From: an uncultured Syntrophaceae bacterium
Lineage (GTDB): Bacteria > Desulfobacterota > SM23-61
Direction of reading: 5' to 3'
Length of the DNA: 64,000 bases
NCBI GenBank assembly: GCA_964484485.1
Contig: CAZAGD010000130.1
Coordinates: forward strand, 339 to 64,338
The notes under the pieces were generated by a model. It did not search any database. It had not been told where the DNA came from and saw only the letters and a program-made list of their open reading frames with translations. The first letter of the stretch is position 1, and every line of letters begins with the position of its first letter. This document shows, in pieces, positions 19,216 to 28,695 of this stretch. Both the position numbers and the translations under genes were made by a program.

Positions 19216-20091
19216 ATGTTGCGGGGGGAGAGAAAAACCTTCGATAAAATCAGGCGCCGCTTAAGCCATTCTCGCGTAGGGACGGTAGGTTTAATCATGG
19301 TGCTCTTAGTGCTCGCCGTTGCTTTTTTAGCACCTTACCTTTCTCCGCATAACCCATTGGATCAGGATTTACAGGCGCGTTTAAAACCACCTTTCTGGGA
19401 TGAAAAAAGCGATCCTCGTTATTTCCTGGGCACCGATCAGGTCGGTCGAGATCTCCTTAGTCGCTTAATTTATGGTTCAAGGATTTCTCTCTCCGTGGGC
19501 TTTTTGACGATGGCCTTTTCGGCTGTATTGGGCATCACTTTAGGAATTATAGCTGGTTACTATCGCGGAATTTGGGATTCTATTATTAGTAACTGTGTTA
19601 ATATCATGATGTCTTTCCCCTACATTCTTTTAGCCATATCAGTCATGGCCGCCGCCGGGCCCGGGTTCAAGAATTTAATATTAGTTTTGGGATTAACAGG
19701 GTGGCCTATTTATACGCGCTTGGTCCGGGCCGAAGTCATCGAACTAAAGAGTCGAGATTTTGTTACAGCCGCAAGGGCCTTAGGCGGAAGAGATAGTGGA
19801 GTGATTTGGAAACACATTTTGCCCAACTTAACGAGTTCGATAATTGTTTTGGCCACTTTTGAGTTGGCCCGGATGATTATTCGCGAGTCGTTTTTGAGCT
19901 TTCTGGGTTTAGGAATTCCCCCACCGATGGCTTCCTGGGGTGGGATGTTGGCCGAAGGCAGGTCTTATATGTTAGGCTTATGGTGGTTAGCAGCCATTCC
20001 GGGACTGGCCATCTTCTTTACTACTTTGGGGATTAATTTAATGGGCGATGGCATCCGCGATTGGCTGGACCCCCATACCAGGAATAGATGA
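19216..20091 (+). CDS. Peptide ABC transporter permease (DppC-like)
   Basis: LGTDQVGRD, HILPN, SFLGLG, GDGIRDWLDP. Confidence 0.9.
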   Translation: MLRGERKTFDKIRRRLSHSRVGTVGLIMVLLVLAVAFLAPYLSPHNPLDQDLQARLKPPFWDEKSDPRYFLGTDQVGRDLLSRLIYGSRISLSVGFLTMAFSAVLGITLGIIAGYYRGIWDSIISNCVNIMMSFPYILLAISVMAAAGPGFKNLILVLGLTGWPIYTRLVRAEVIELKSRDFVTAARALGGRDSGVIWKHILPNLTSSIIVLATFELARMIIRESFLSFLGLGIPPPMASWGGMLAEGRSYMLGLWWLAAIPGLAIFFTTLGINLMGDGIRDWLDPHTRNR

Positions 20092-20120
20092 AAAATAATC
20101 CTAAAAAGAAAGGATAAAAA

Positions 20121-21479
20121 ATGGAAAAAATTTATGCTTACATTGACCAAAATCTGGATCGTTTTATAGAGGAACTTTTTGTTTTACTGAGACAGCCTTC
20201 CATTAGCACTCGCTGGGAAGGAGTGGAAGAATGTGGCCAGCTTTTAGTGGAGATGATGGGGAAAATGGGCATGAAGACAAAGGTGCTCCCCATGGGCGGG
20301 AAAAGGAATCCTCCTTTAATATATGGAGAAGTAATCAACCCCCAAGCCAAGAGGACCCTACTCATATATGGACATTATGACGTGCAGCCGCCCGAGCCTT
20401 TGGCAGCTTGGGAGACGCCGCCTTTTCAACCAACAATTAGAAATGGGCGCATTTATGCCCGCGGCAGTGCCGACAACAAAGGGCAGTTCTTTGCCCATTT
20501 TAAGGCCATAGAATCTGTGGTCAAAATTAAGGGAGCGTTGCCTATTAATGTTAAATTTATGCTTGACCCTGAAGAAGAGGCAGGTAGTCCCAGCTTAAAT
20601 GAATTTTGTCGGAAAAATAAAGAGTTATTTACGGCGGATATAGCTTTGAATTCTGATGGTCCAATGGATACTTCTGGGCGTCCGCGCTTGAGTTTTGGAA
20701 ATCGAGGGGTACTTTATGTGGAAGTAACAGCCCGTGGAGCTAATCAGGATTTCCATTCGGGCAATTTTGGCGGGCCTGTTCCCAACCCGGCCTGGCGTTT
20801 AATTGAATTTCTCGCTTCTTTGCGCCGTCCTGATGGGACAGTAGCCATTGAGGGATTTTACGACCATATAGTTCCGCCAAGTCCAAAAGAAAAAGAAATG
20901 ATGGCCAAAATTCCTTTTGATGAAAAAGCATTTCTGGAAAGATACGGGCTTAAGCGCTTTGCGCCGCCGGATGATATAAGCTTTATGGAAAAACTTATGT
21001 TCCGGCCCACGCTCAATATTGCGGGCTTAGTCTCTGGTTACGGGGGACCGGGCAGCAAGACAGTTCTTCCCTGTCAAGCCACGGTAAAAATGGACATGCG
21101 CTTGGTGGTGAATCAAGACCCAGAGGATATATATCAAAAGTTCTTAAAGCATATGGAAAAATATGGTTTTACGGATTTGGAAGCGAAGATGATCCACTAC
21201 TATTATCCCTCCCGTACTCCCGTGGATCATCCTTGGGCCGAAAAATTTGTACAGGCCATTCGCCAGGGCTTTGCCGAAGAACCTGTGCTTGTTCCTTCTA
21301 GTGGGGGTAGTTTTCCGGGAGCGGCCATCAGCAACATTTTGGGTATTCCGATTCTCTCCATCCCTTATGGAAACCATGATGAGAATAATCACGCGCCCAA
21401 TGAGAATTTACGGATAGATTGTTTTCGTAAAGGGATAAGAACTACGGCTGCTTTATTCTTCCAATTGGCTGAGTTGTAA
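20121..21479 (+). CDS. M20 family metallopeptidase/amidohydrolase (dipeptidase-like)
   Basis: YGHYDVQP, ARGSADNKG, EEEAGS, HAPNEN. Confidence 0.88.
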   Translation: MEKIYAYIDQNLDRFIEELFVLLRQPSISTRWEGVEECGQLLVEMMGKMGMKTKVLPMGGKRNPPLIYGEVINPQAKRTLLIYGHYDVQPPEPLAAWETPPFQPTIRNGRIYARGSADNKGQFFAHFKAIESVVKIKGALPINVKFMLDPEEEAGSPSLNEFCRKNKELFTADIALNSDGPMDTSGRPRLSFGNRGVLYVEVTARGANQDFHSGNFGGPVPNPAWRLIEFLASLRRPDGTVAIEGFYDHIVPPSPKEKEMMAKIPFDEKAFLERYGLKRFAPPDDISFMEKLMFRPTLNIAGLVSGYGGPGSKTVLPCQATVKMDMRLVVNQDPEDIYQKFLKHMEKYGFTDLEAKMIHYYYPSRTPVDHPWAEKFVQAIRQGFAEEPVLVPSSGGSFPGAAISNILGIPILSIPYGNHDENNHAPNENLRIDCFRKGIRTTAALFFQLAEL

Positions 21480-21496
21480 TTTACGGGAAGAAGAGA

Positions 21497-23341
21497 CTAT
21501 TTATAAATTCTCTGAGCCGCCTTCTCTAAGCCCAAAGAGAGGAGTTTTTCGCGGCGGGGAATTCCCTTTTCGTCCCAACCTCTAAAGGCATAGTACTCTC
21601 GCCGCATGTCCCGAAAAAGTTTTTCACCCGCGGCTAATGGTCCTTGGGGACGAAGGTTCTGCAGTATGCGGGGAGCAACCATGTCTTCTCTATGATCAAC
21701 ACCTAATAAAACATTATAAGATCTTTTTAGGTTATAAAGGCGGTCCCCCACTTCCATTAAGTTGGTACTCGTTAATTCCCAACCAGTTAATCCTTTAATC
21801 CATTGGCAAAGCATTTTATGGGTGACGCGCGCGAAAAATAAAAATTTGCAAAGACCCAGGGCATTAAAAACGGCCATATAGTTCTGCATTAAGGCGGTCA
21901 TCTTCCCTTTGCCTTCGGCCGTAATCCCATTCATGGGTTCGGTATAACCTGCTTCTGGATAAGGTACTCCTCCTTCCACTTGGTGGGAAAACCCTTCCAG
22001 ATGGCAAGCCCCGCGGTTAGAAGTAGCCCAGCTTAAAGCTAAGCTTACTGTGGGAGTGGGGTTGGATAAAGATACTTCCAATCCTTTAGAGTGCATGGCG
22101 AACTCATGAGTCTCTGGGCCAAGAGTCTGCGCAGCTCTTCTTACGCCGTCGGCAAAAATTTCCCCAACCCCCTGCCGCCTAGCGATTTTTTCCATAAGAG
22201 ACCATACCGCCTGTGTATTTCCCCAGCTTAAGTTAAGGCCATCGGTTTCTTTTAACAAGCCTTTGGTGAAGGCTTCAATCGCAAAGGCGGCGGTAATTCC
22301 TGCGGACATAGTATCCAAGCCTAGGTCGTTGAGTAGATAGTTGAGATTGATGATAGCAGGTAGGTCATCATTCAAGATTAAAGAGCCCAGACTAGCCAAA
22401 GTTTCATATTCCGGGCCGTGTCCAGAAAGGCCGGCATAGGGACCTTTATTTACTTTTATTTCTTTTCCACAGCGGATGGGACATGAATAGCAGCCATAAT
22501 GTTTGGTTAGAAATTGAGCTATCATGGTCGGCCCGGAAATTTTAGCGGCTTTGTCCCAATGGAAAATGGTAAAATTTTTAATGGGTAAAGCGCCGATGGC
22601 TTCTTTGGACTCAATTAGCGCCGCCGTTCCAAATTTGCTCAGACTTTCGACAAATTTGAGGTGGGCTGAAAATTCTTTAGTAGTTTCATGCAGAAGGGCA
22701 GCGTCATAAATATGAGGTTTTTTGTCTCCCCGCACTACAATAGCCTTTAAGTTTTTTGAGCCCATGACTGCGCCTAAGCCAGTGCGAGCCATGACTCGCG
22801 CCTCCGTCCCTCCGGTCACTATAGCGGCCATAAAACTTAGGTTTTCTCCAGCAGGACCAATTGCGGCCACCTGGGCTTTGGGGTCAGTCGCGGCTAAGAG
22901 TTTTTCTGTGGTTAGAAAAGTTCCCTTTCCCCAAAGGTCTATCGCCTCTCTAATTTCTGCGCCCTGGGGGGTGATATAAAGATAAACGGGCTTATCTGCT
23001 TTCCCTTTGATTAAGAGACCATCAAACCCAGTAAATTTTAACTCCGGTCCCCAATACCCACCCCCATTGGCTTCTCCCCAAATTCCTAAAGGAGATTTAG
23101 CGCAGACCGAGATGCGGCAACCGCAAGGCACTGGTATTCCGGTTAAAAGACCAGTCATGAATATTATTGGGTTTTCGGGATGAAAAGGATCAAGGGATGG
23201 ATTTAAAAGATCAAAAAGAAGAAATGCAGAAAGACCACTTCCGCCGAAGTATTTCCGTAAAGTATTCTCCTCATACTCGCGGATTTTCTTTTCGCCAGTA
23301 GTAAGATTGATTTCTAATAGGGAATACTTGATTTTCACCAT
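21497..23341 (-). CDS. Aldehyde:ferredoxin oxidoreductase family tungsto/molybdoenzyme
   Basis: KSPLG, IGPAGE, GLGAVMGSKNLK, CYSCPIRC, GPEYET, GLDTMS, RGACH. Confidence 0.9.
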   Translation of the reverse strand: MVKIKYSLLEINLTTGEKKIREYEENTLRKYFGGSGLSAFLLFDLLNPSLDPFHPENPIIFMTGLLTGIPVPCGCRISVCAKSPLGIWGEANGGGYWGPELKFTGFDGLLIKGKADKPVYLYITPQGAEIREAIDLWGKGTFLTTEKLLAATDPKAQVAAIGPAGENLSFMAAIVTGGTEARVMARTGLGAVMGSKNLKAIVVRGDKKPHIYDAALLHETTKEFSAHLKFVESLSKFGTAALIESKEAIGALPIKNFTIFHWDKAAKISGPTMIAQFLTKHYGCYSCPIRCGKEIKVNKGPYAGLSGHGPEYETLASLGSLILNDDLPAIINLNYLLNDLGLDTMSAGITAAFAIEAFTKGLLKETDGLNLSWGNTQAVWSLMEKIARRQGVGEIFADGVRRAAQTLGPETHEFAMHSKGLEVSLSNPTPTVSLALSWATSNRGACHLEGFSHQVEGGVPYPEAGYTEPMNGITAEGKGKMTALMQNYMAVFNALGLCKFLFFARVTHKMLCQWIKGLTGWELTSTNLMEVGDRLYNLKRSYNVLLGVDHREDMVAPRILQNLRPQGPLAAGEKLFRDMRREYYAFRGWDEKGIPRREKLLSLGLEKAAQRIYK

Positions 23342-23377
23342 GAAGGGCTGCGTTTTTGGACTTTTCTAATAATTATT

Positions 23378-24691
23378 TTAGCCATAAACCAAATTGGGCA
23401 GCCACAAAACTATTTCTGGAAATAAAATACACAAAATAAGACCAGCGATTTGGAGAACCATAAAGGGAATAACTCCTCGATAAATATGCTTTAACTCTAC
23501 TTCTGGCGGAGAAACTCCTTTTAAATAAAAAATAGAATAAGCAAAAGGAGGGGATAAGTAAGATATTTGAAGGTTTACACACACAAGAATAGCAAACCAG
23601 ATTGGGTCAAAGCCAAATTTTTTGACAATAGGAGTTATGATAGGAATCATGATCAGGATAATAGCAATCCAGTCTACAAAACAGCCTAAAATAATAATTA
23701 TGACCATTACTAGAATTAGAAACCCATATGGTGACATTGCTGTACTCAACAAATAATTTTCTATAGCTGCGCCTCCGCCTAAGGCCAGAAAAACTCCGGT
23801 AAAGACATTTGCTCCCACAGTAATGATTAAGATCATCGCGGTTGTTTGTAGTGTTCGATAAACAACATCTTTTAGAGTTTCCCAAGATAATTTTTTATAG
23901 ATCAGGCATAGAATGGCCGCCCCTACCGCCCCAACTGCAGCGGCCTCAGTAGGAGCCGCGAAGCCAAACAATATGGAACCTAAAACAGCCAAAATAAGAA
24001 AAAGAGGGGGGAAAAGCGTTTTTAAAAGTAAAAGAAAAAGCTGCTTGCCGGAAATATGTCTTTGATCTTTGGGGAGAGCCGGACCCATATGGGGCCAGAA
24101 AAAACACATAGTTCCAATGTAGGCAATGTATAGACTTGAAAGGAGTAGCCCAGGAAGTATGGCCGCGGTGAAGAGGCGGGCAATGGAAAGTCCCGCCATA
24201 GGGCCATAAAGGATAAGCATTACACTGGGGGGGATAAGAATGCCTAAAGTACCTCCAGCAATGATACTGCCTGTAGCCAGCGGAATGTCGTATCCTCGCT
24301 TAAGCATAATGGGTAAAGCTAAGAGACCCATCATAGTCACGGAAGTACCCACAATCCCCGTCGTCGCAGCCAAAATAGTGCAAAGAAGAACGGTTACTAC
24401 GGCTAGGGCCCCTCTCATAGGTCCTAAAGCTAATTGTAAGGAATGAAATAATCCTTCGGCTATACCTGATCGGTCCATCAAATATCCCATAAAAATAAAT
24501 AAAGAAACAGCTACCAGAGCATCATTCATCATGATCCCGAAAGTTCGGGCTACCATCTGATCGAATACAGCAGTTCCCCACCCAATATATCCAAAAATAA
24601 AACCTGAACCTAAGAGCACATAGGCTAATGGAAATCCACTAAAAATACCAAAGAGTAGAAACAAAAACATCCAAAGGGCAATGTATTCCAT
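23378..24691 (-). CDS. dctM: TRAP transporter large permease
   Basis: GGTLGILIPPS, TEAAAVG, SPPFAYS; about 12 TM segments. Confidence 0.9.
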   Translation of the reverse strand: MEYIALWMFLFLLFGIFSGFPLAYVLLGSGFIFGYIGWGTAVFDQMVARTFGIMMNDALVAVSLFIFMGYLMDRSGIAEGLFHSLQLALGPMRGALAVVTVLLCTILAATTGIVGTSVTMMGLLALPIMLKRGYDIPLATGSIIAGGTLGILIPPSVMLILYGPMAGLSIARLFTAAILPGLLLSSLYIAYIGTMCFFWPHMGPALPKDQRHISGKQLFLLLLKTLFPPLFLILAVLGSILFGFAAPTEAAAVGAVGAAILCLIYKKLSWETLKDVVYRTLQTTAMILIITVGANVFTGVFLALGGGAAIENYLLSTAMSPYGFLILVMVIIIILGCFVDWIAIILIMIPIITPIVKKFGFDPIWFAILVCVNLQISYLSPPFAYSIFYLKGVSPPEVELKHIYRGVIPFMVLQIAGLILCILFPEIVLWLPNLVYG

Positions 24692-24698
24692 AATTATT

Positions 24699-25217
24699 CT
24701 ATGTCTTCCTCCTCACGGTTTGGACTGTCTTTATAAATTCTGCAATTCCCTGGAGCAGGAGTATAAAAGTAGCTACTGGTAGGATGGTCTTGAAGGGGTA
24801 AATAGGAACTCTCCACATGGTCACCCCAGATTTCTCTAAAATAGACCAAGAATAAATAGATTGTTGGAGCCCAGCCCAAAAAAGGACGATGAGGGCAGGA
24901 AAGAAGAAAATGGGGTATAAAAATAGGTCGATCATAGCTTGAGTTCGTGGCGAAAAACTTTTATAAAAGACGTCAATTCTCACGTCTCCTTTGCGGTAGA
25001 GGGTAAAAGCAACTCCCATCATAAAATGGGCGCCGTAAAGCATATAACTTAAATCCCAGGCCCAAATTGTTGGGGAATTAAAAACATACCGAACAATCAC
25101 TTCATAAAATATAGATAAAGTAAGGACTACAATTAGCCAGGCAAAGGCCTTAGCAGACCAAACACTCAAATTATCAGCAAATTTTATAAAAGAGGACAAT
25201 TTTCTGCTCCTTGACAA
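24699..25217 (-). CDS. dctQ: TRAP transporter small permease
   Basis: 4 TM segments, RYVFNSPT, DVRIDV; TTG start. Confidence 0.85.
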   Translation of the reverse strand: MSRSRKLSSFIKFADNLSVWSAKAFAWLIVVLTLSIFYEVIVRYVFNSPTIWAWDLSYMLYGAHFMMGVAFTLYRKGDVRIDVFYKSFSPRTQAMIDLFLYPIFFFPALIVLFWAGLQQSIYSWSILEKSGVTMWRVPIYPFKTILPVATFILLLQGIAEFIKTVQTVRRKT

Positions 25218-25262
25218 AGGAATCCCTCTGCTGAGTAGACTCTAGACAGAGGGATTCCTTTG
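25215..25262 (-). promoter_or_regulatory. Perfect 16-bp stem between dctP and dctQ covering the dctQ RBS and start codon
   Basis: caaaggaatccctctg (25215-25230) pairs with cagagggattcctttg (25247-25262). Confidence 0.6.
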
Positions 25263-25278
25263 GAATTAAGTTAATTGA

Positions 25279-26388
25279 CTATTTTTTGGGCCAATAATAA
25301 TTTGCTGGAATTTCATAAGGGGCATAAAAGCTCCGGCGGAATTCCACCATTTTTTTGGCCCATTCCTTCTGCGAGGCATAAACTTTAGCGAAAACAGGAT
25401 CTTTAGCTACATACCTTTCAGCCACTTTATCCCAGGCTTTCAGGATTTCAACAAGAACTTCTTTGGGAGTTTCCACCAAATTTACTTTGTGTTTAGTCTT
25501 TAAAACTTCCAGGTCTTTGACATTTCGAGCAGTAAGGTCTAACCAGGATCTTAGAAGGTTTTCTCTGGCTGCTATTTCCACAATAGCCTTTAGATCGGCA
25601 GGCAAAGCATCCCAGGCATCTTTATTGACCAAGAATTCGAGGGTTCCTGTATGGCGATGCATGCCTGGAGCATGGTAGTATTTAGCTACATCCATTAAGC
25701 CCAACTCCTTATCCATGGTTGGATCCATCCATTCTGCCCCATCGATGATCCCTTTATCAATGGCCGAAACAATTTCTCCACCAGGCAGAGTTATTACGGA
25801 CATTCCAAATTCTTTATAAATCTCAGCAGTAATGCCAGCTGCCCGAAATTTTTTGCCTTTCAAATCAGCTACTGATTTCATAGGTTTTTTAAACCAGCCT
25901 AATGGTTCAGAAGCAATAATGTCGGTAGGGATGACATAAACTTTCATTTTTAATACATCGGTATAAATCTGTCGGTAAAGTTCCAGGCCTCCCCCATAAA
26001 AGAGCCATCCGACATAATCAATATTATCCATACCGAATGGACCACCAGCCACACTGGAAAAAAGATTTAAAGCTGGTTGTTTACCGATCCAATAGGCCGA
26101 CCAGCTATGAGCTGCCTGGAGGGTGCCCCGGTGGATGGCATCCAGGACCTCAAAGGCAGGTACGATGGTACCGGCAGGGGAAACATCAATTTTTATCCTC
26201 CCTCCGGACATTTCCGTAATCCGCTTAGCCAGACCAACGGCACTTTCATGGAGAAATACTCCTGCTGGCCAGGTAGACTGCATTTTCCAAGTAAAGGAAG
26301 CAGCCTGGGCAATTCTGTTCAGCCCATCTAATCCCAAACCTGCAAAAGCCAGAATCCAAATTAATCCCCAAACTGTAAATTTCTTCAT
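25279..26388 (-). CDS. dctP: TRAP substrate-binding protein (TakP/alpha-keto acid-binding subtype)
   Basis: WKMQSTW, MSGGRI, FEVLDA, GKKFR, PGGEI, IDGAEW. Confidence 0.88.
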   Translation of the reverse strand: MKKFTVWGLIWILAFAGLGLDGLNRIAQAASFTWKMQSTWPAGVFLHESAVGLAKRITEMSGGRIKIDVSPAGTIVPAFEVLDAIHRGTLQAAHSWSAYWIGKQPALNLFSSVAGGPFGMDNIDYVGWLFYGGGLELYRQIYTDVLKMKVYVIPTDIIASEPLGWFKKPMKSVADLKGKKFRAAGITAEIYKEFGMSVITLPGGEIVSAIDKGIIDGAEWMDPTMDKELGLMDVAKYYHAPGMHRHTGTLEFLVNKDAWDALPADLKAIVEIAARENLLRSWLDLTARNVKDLEVLKTKHKVNLVETPKEVLVEILKAWDKVAERYVAKDPVFAKVYASQKEWAKKMVEFRRSFYAPYEIPANYYWPKK

Positions 26389-26443
26389 CTTTCCCTCCTT
26401 TTAGTTTTTTTGCCGCTTTTTGGTTATAAAAATATAGATTAAA

Positions 26444-26472
26444 AAAATATTTTATTAAGGAAATTTTGTCAA
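26444..26472 (-). promoter_or_regulatory. sigma70 promoter of dctPQM-aor
   Basis: TTGACA-17 bp-TATTTT. Confidence 0.6.
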
Positions 26473-26484
26473 GCCAAAAATCTT

Positions 26485-26620
26485 CTGACCGTCGATCAGT
26501 TTTTAAATTCCAGCTTAATTCAGGCGGGCGGGAGAGAGGCTCATTAAAATGAGCCCCATATTCTTTCATAGGTAGGGGTTTTTCCGGGATCTCGAGATCT
26601 CTTAAAAGGGTTAAAGTCAA
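26485..26620. mobile_element. CTGACCGTC-family MITE-like element copy
   Basis: Starts ctgaccgtcgatcagtttttaaattccagcttaattcaggcggg, nearly identical to the reverse complement of 44774-44814. Internal hairpin ggctcatt-aa-aatgagcc; degenerate far end ttaaaagggttaaagtcaa. Confidence 0.7.
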
Positions 26621-26825
26621 TTTTTATTTCGATTTTTGCTTCCTGACGAATTAAACGTGGTTTCGTTGTTTTCTGGCCTTCTTCATGCTTTTCCAGTTAG
26701 TACGACCCAGTCTTTACTTGGGGAGAGTCGGAGGACACACGATTACATGGATAATGGGGAGGTGCTTAGATAAATGTCATTTATTTAATGCCCCATTAAT
26801 AAAAAATAAATAAATTAAATTTTTG

Positions 26826-26918
26826 TGGCGGAGAGAGCGGGATTCGAACCCGCGGTACGCCTTTCGGCGTACACTCGCTTAGCAGGCGAGCACCTTAGGC
26901 CAACTCGGTCATCTCTCC
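26826..26918 (-). tRNA. tRNA-Ser(GCT)
   Basis: GGAGAGA acceptor stem, anticodon arm CTCGC-CTGCTAA-GCGAG, long variable arm, GGTTCGAATCC T-loop, encoded CCA. Confidence 0.95.
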
Positions 26919-26932
26919 TTAATTTTTATATA

Positions 26933-27081
26933 GGACGCAGATTAACGCAGATAAACAGGATTTATAAATAAATAAAAATGGATCCAAGCAAAGGAATTAC
27001 TGTTCGTCTCTATGAAAAGGGCAATTAATTTATTGCTTTCTTTTTTTATTTTCTCCTGTAAATCTGCGTTTATCTGCGTCC
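26933..27081. repeat. 28-bp inverted repeat pair (GGACGCAGAT family) between the two tRNAs
   Basis: 26933-26960 versus the reverse complement of 27054-27081: 25/28 identical. Confidence 0.85.
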
Positions 27082-27133
27082 AATTTCTATGTTCTTGCTT
27101 TGCGCTTACGCTAGGCGCTCTGTCCTTTAATTT

Positions 27134-27221
27134 TGGCGGAGGGAGTAGGATTCGAACCCACGTCCCCTTGCGGGGAAGCGGTTTTCAAGACCGCCGCCTT
27201 AGACCACTCGGCCATCCCTCC
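27134..27221 (-). tRNA. tRNA-Ser(TGA)
   Basis: GGAGGGA acceptor stem, anticodon arm GCGGT-CTTGAAA-ACCGC, long variable arm, GGTTCGAATCC, encoded CCA. Confidence 0.95.
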
Positions 27222-27224
27222 TCA

Positions 27225-28514
27225 TTATTTCATGCCCGCGGGCGATTTGACAATTTTTTTTATGCCCATATAAGGAATAAGCGCTTCCGGGATAATCACA
27301 CTGCCGTCTTCCTGCTGATAGTTCTCTAAAATAGCTACCACGGTTCGCCCAATGGCCAATCCGGAGCCGTTGAGCGTATGGACAAACTCCGTTCCTTTTT
27401 TTCCTTTGGGGCGGTAGCGAATATTAGCCCGCCTAGCCTGAAAATCTTCGAAATTGCTGCAGGAAGAAATTTCTTTATAAACTCCTTGCCCTGGCAACCA
27501 GGCCTCGAGGTCGTAAGTTTTAGCCGCGGAAAATCCTAAATCTCCTGTACAAAGCATTACGACCCGGTACGGAATGCCTAAACGTTTCAAGACTTCTTCA
27601 GCATCACGGGTTAATCTTTCTAGTTCCGCATAAGAAGTCTCCGGCGTAGTAAATTTAACTAATTCAACTTTATTAAACTGATGCTGGCGGATTAAACCAC
27701 GTGTATCCTTTCCATAAGAGCCAGCTTCTTTGCGAAAGCAAGGAGTAAAGGCAGCATAATATATGGGCAACTCCTCTTCGGCTAAAATTTCATCTTGGTG
27801 AATATTAGTTACGGGAACTTCTGCAGTGGGAATCAAAAAATAATCGGGATCAATTACCCGAAATAAGTCTTCTTCAAATTTGGGTAACTGACCAGTACCG
27901 GTCATGCTCTTGCGATTCACCAGGATGGGAGGCAGCACTTCTTGATACCCATGTTCTTTAGTATGCAGATCAAGCATAAAATTTATTAAAGCCCTTTCTA
28001 ATAGAGCCCCTTCTCTTTTATAAAGGGTGAAGCGCGCGCCCGCGATTTTTGCTCCCCGGTCAAAATCCAGAATACCCAATTCTTCCCCAATCTCCCAATG
28101 TGGTCGAGGAGCAAATGAAAACTCTGGAATTTTTCCCCAGCGCCTTATTTCTAAATTATCTTCTTCCCCTTTTCCGACGATTACGCTTTCATGAGGAAGG
28201 TTGGGCATCTCCATTAACAGCTGGCGCAGAGCCTCTTCTTTAGCCTCTAAAGTAGTTTCTAATTCCTTGATGCGTGCGGAAACTTCGCGCATTTCAGCTA
28301 TCTCTACCGTAGGGTCTTCTTTATTTTTCTTTTTCCGAGCAATTAAATCAGAAACTTGATTGCGCCCAGCCCGCAATTGTTCAACTTCTTGGAGGATTTC
28401 TCTCCTTTCTTTATCAAGGTTCACAAATAAATCCCAATCAATGGGTAGGCCCCGCTTGCCTATTCTTTCCTTAACTTCGCTCAGATGCTCTCTAACAAAT
28501 TTTAAATCAAGCAT
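27225..28514 (-). CDS. serS: Serine--tRNA ligase
   Basis: MLDLKFVR N-terminal coiled coil, [35 protein letters not shown]. Confidence 0.97.
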   Translation of the reverse strand: MLDLKFVREHLSEVKERIGKRGLPIDWDLFVNLDKERREILQEVEQLRAGRNQVSDLIARKKKNKEDPTVEIAEMREVSARIKELETTLEAKEEALRQLLMEMPNLPHESVIVGKGEEDNLEIRRWGKIPEFSFAPRPHWEIGEELGILDFDRGAKIAGARFTLYKREGALLERALINFMLDLHTKEHGYQEVLPPILVNRKSMTGTGQLPKFEEDLFRVIDPDYFLIPTAEVPVTNIHQDEILAEEELPIYYAAFTPCFRKEAGSYGKDTRGLIRQHQFNKVELVKFTTPETSYAELERLTRDAEEVLKRLGIPYRVVMLCTGDLGFSAAKTYDLEAWLPGQGVYKEISSCSNFEDFQARRANIRYRPKGKKGTEFVHTLNGSGLAIGRTVVAILENYQQEDGSVIIPEALIPYMGIKKIVKSPAGMK

Positions 28515-28520
28515 GATTTT

Positions 28521-28549
28521 AGATTATCATTTCAAAAACAAGGAGTCAA
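28521..28549 (-). promoter_or_regulatory. sigma70 promoter of serS, probably giving a leaderless mRNA
   Basis: TTGACT-17 bp-TAATCT with an extended TG; the ATG is 6 nt after the -10 box; no SD. Confidence 0.6.
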
Positions 28550-28561
28550 TAATGGAAGTAT

Positions 28562-28670
28562 CTGATCGCTGATCACTTTTTAATTTTCGACTTAATTCAG
28601 GCGGGAGGGGAGAGACTCATTTAAATGAGGCGCTGCTTCCTTCATAGGTACGGGCGGGGAAGGTTAACCC
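28562..28670. mobile_element. CTGACCGTC-family MITE-like element copy
   Basis: ctgatcgctgatcactttttaattttcgacttaattcaggcgggagggggagagactcatttaaatgag...ttcataggta, colinear with the 26485 copy. Confidence 0.7.
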
Positions 28671-28695
28671 TTTTGGGGCAAAGGAAAGAGATGCA

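Noticed and set aside
26620-26825. Integrative element at the tRNA-Ser 3' end
   Set aside because: No integrase and no duplicated tRNA 3' end seen; only repeat remnants.
27134-27221. Selenocysteine or suppressor tRNA
   Set aside because: The anticodon is TGA, which reads UCA (Ser); tRNA-Sec has TCA. The acceptor stem is a normal 7 bp.
27012-27329. 105-aa ORF on the + strand
   Set aside because: Antisense to a tRNA and serS; SAFICV is simply a translation of the repeat arm.
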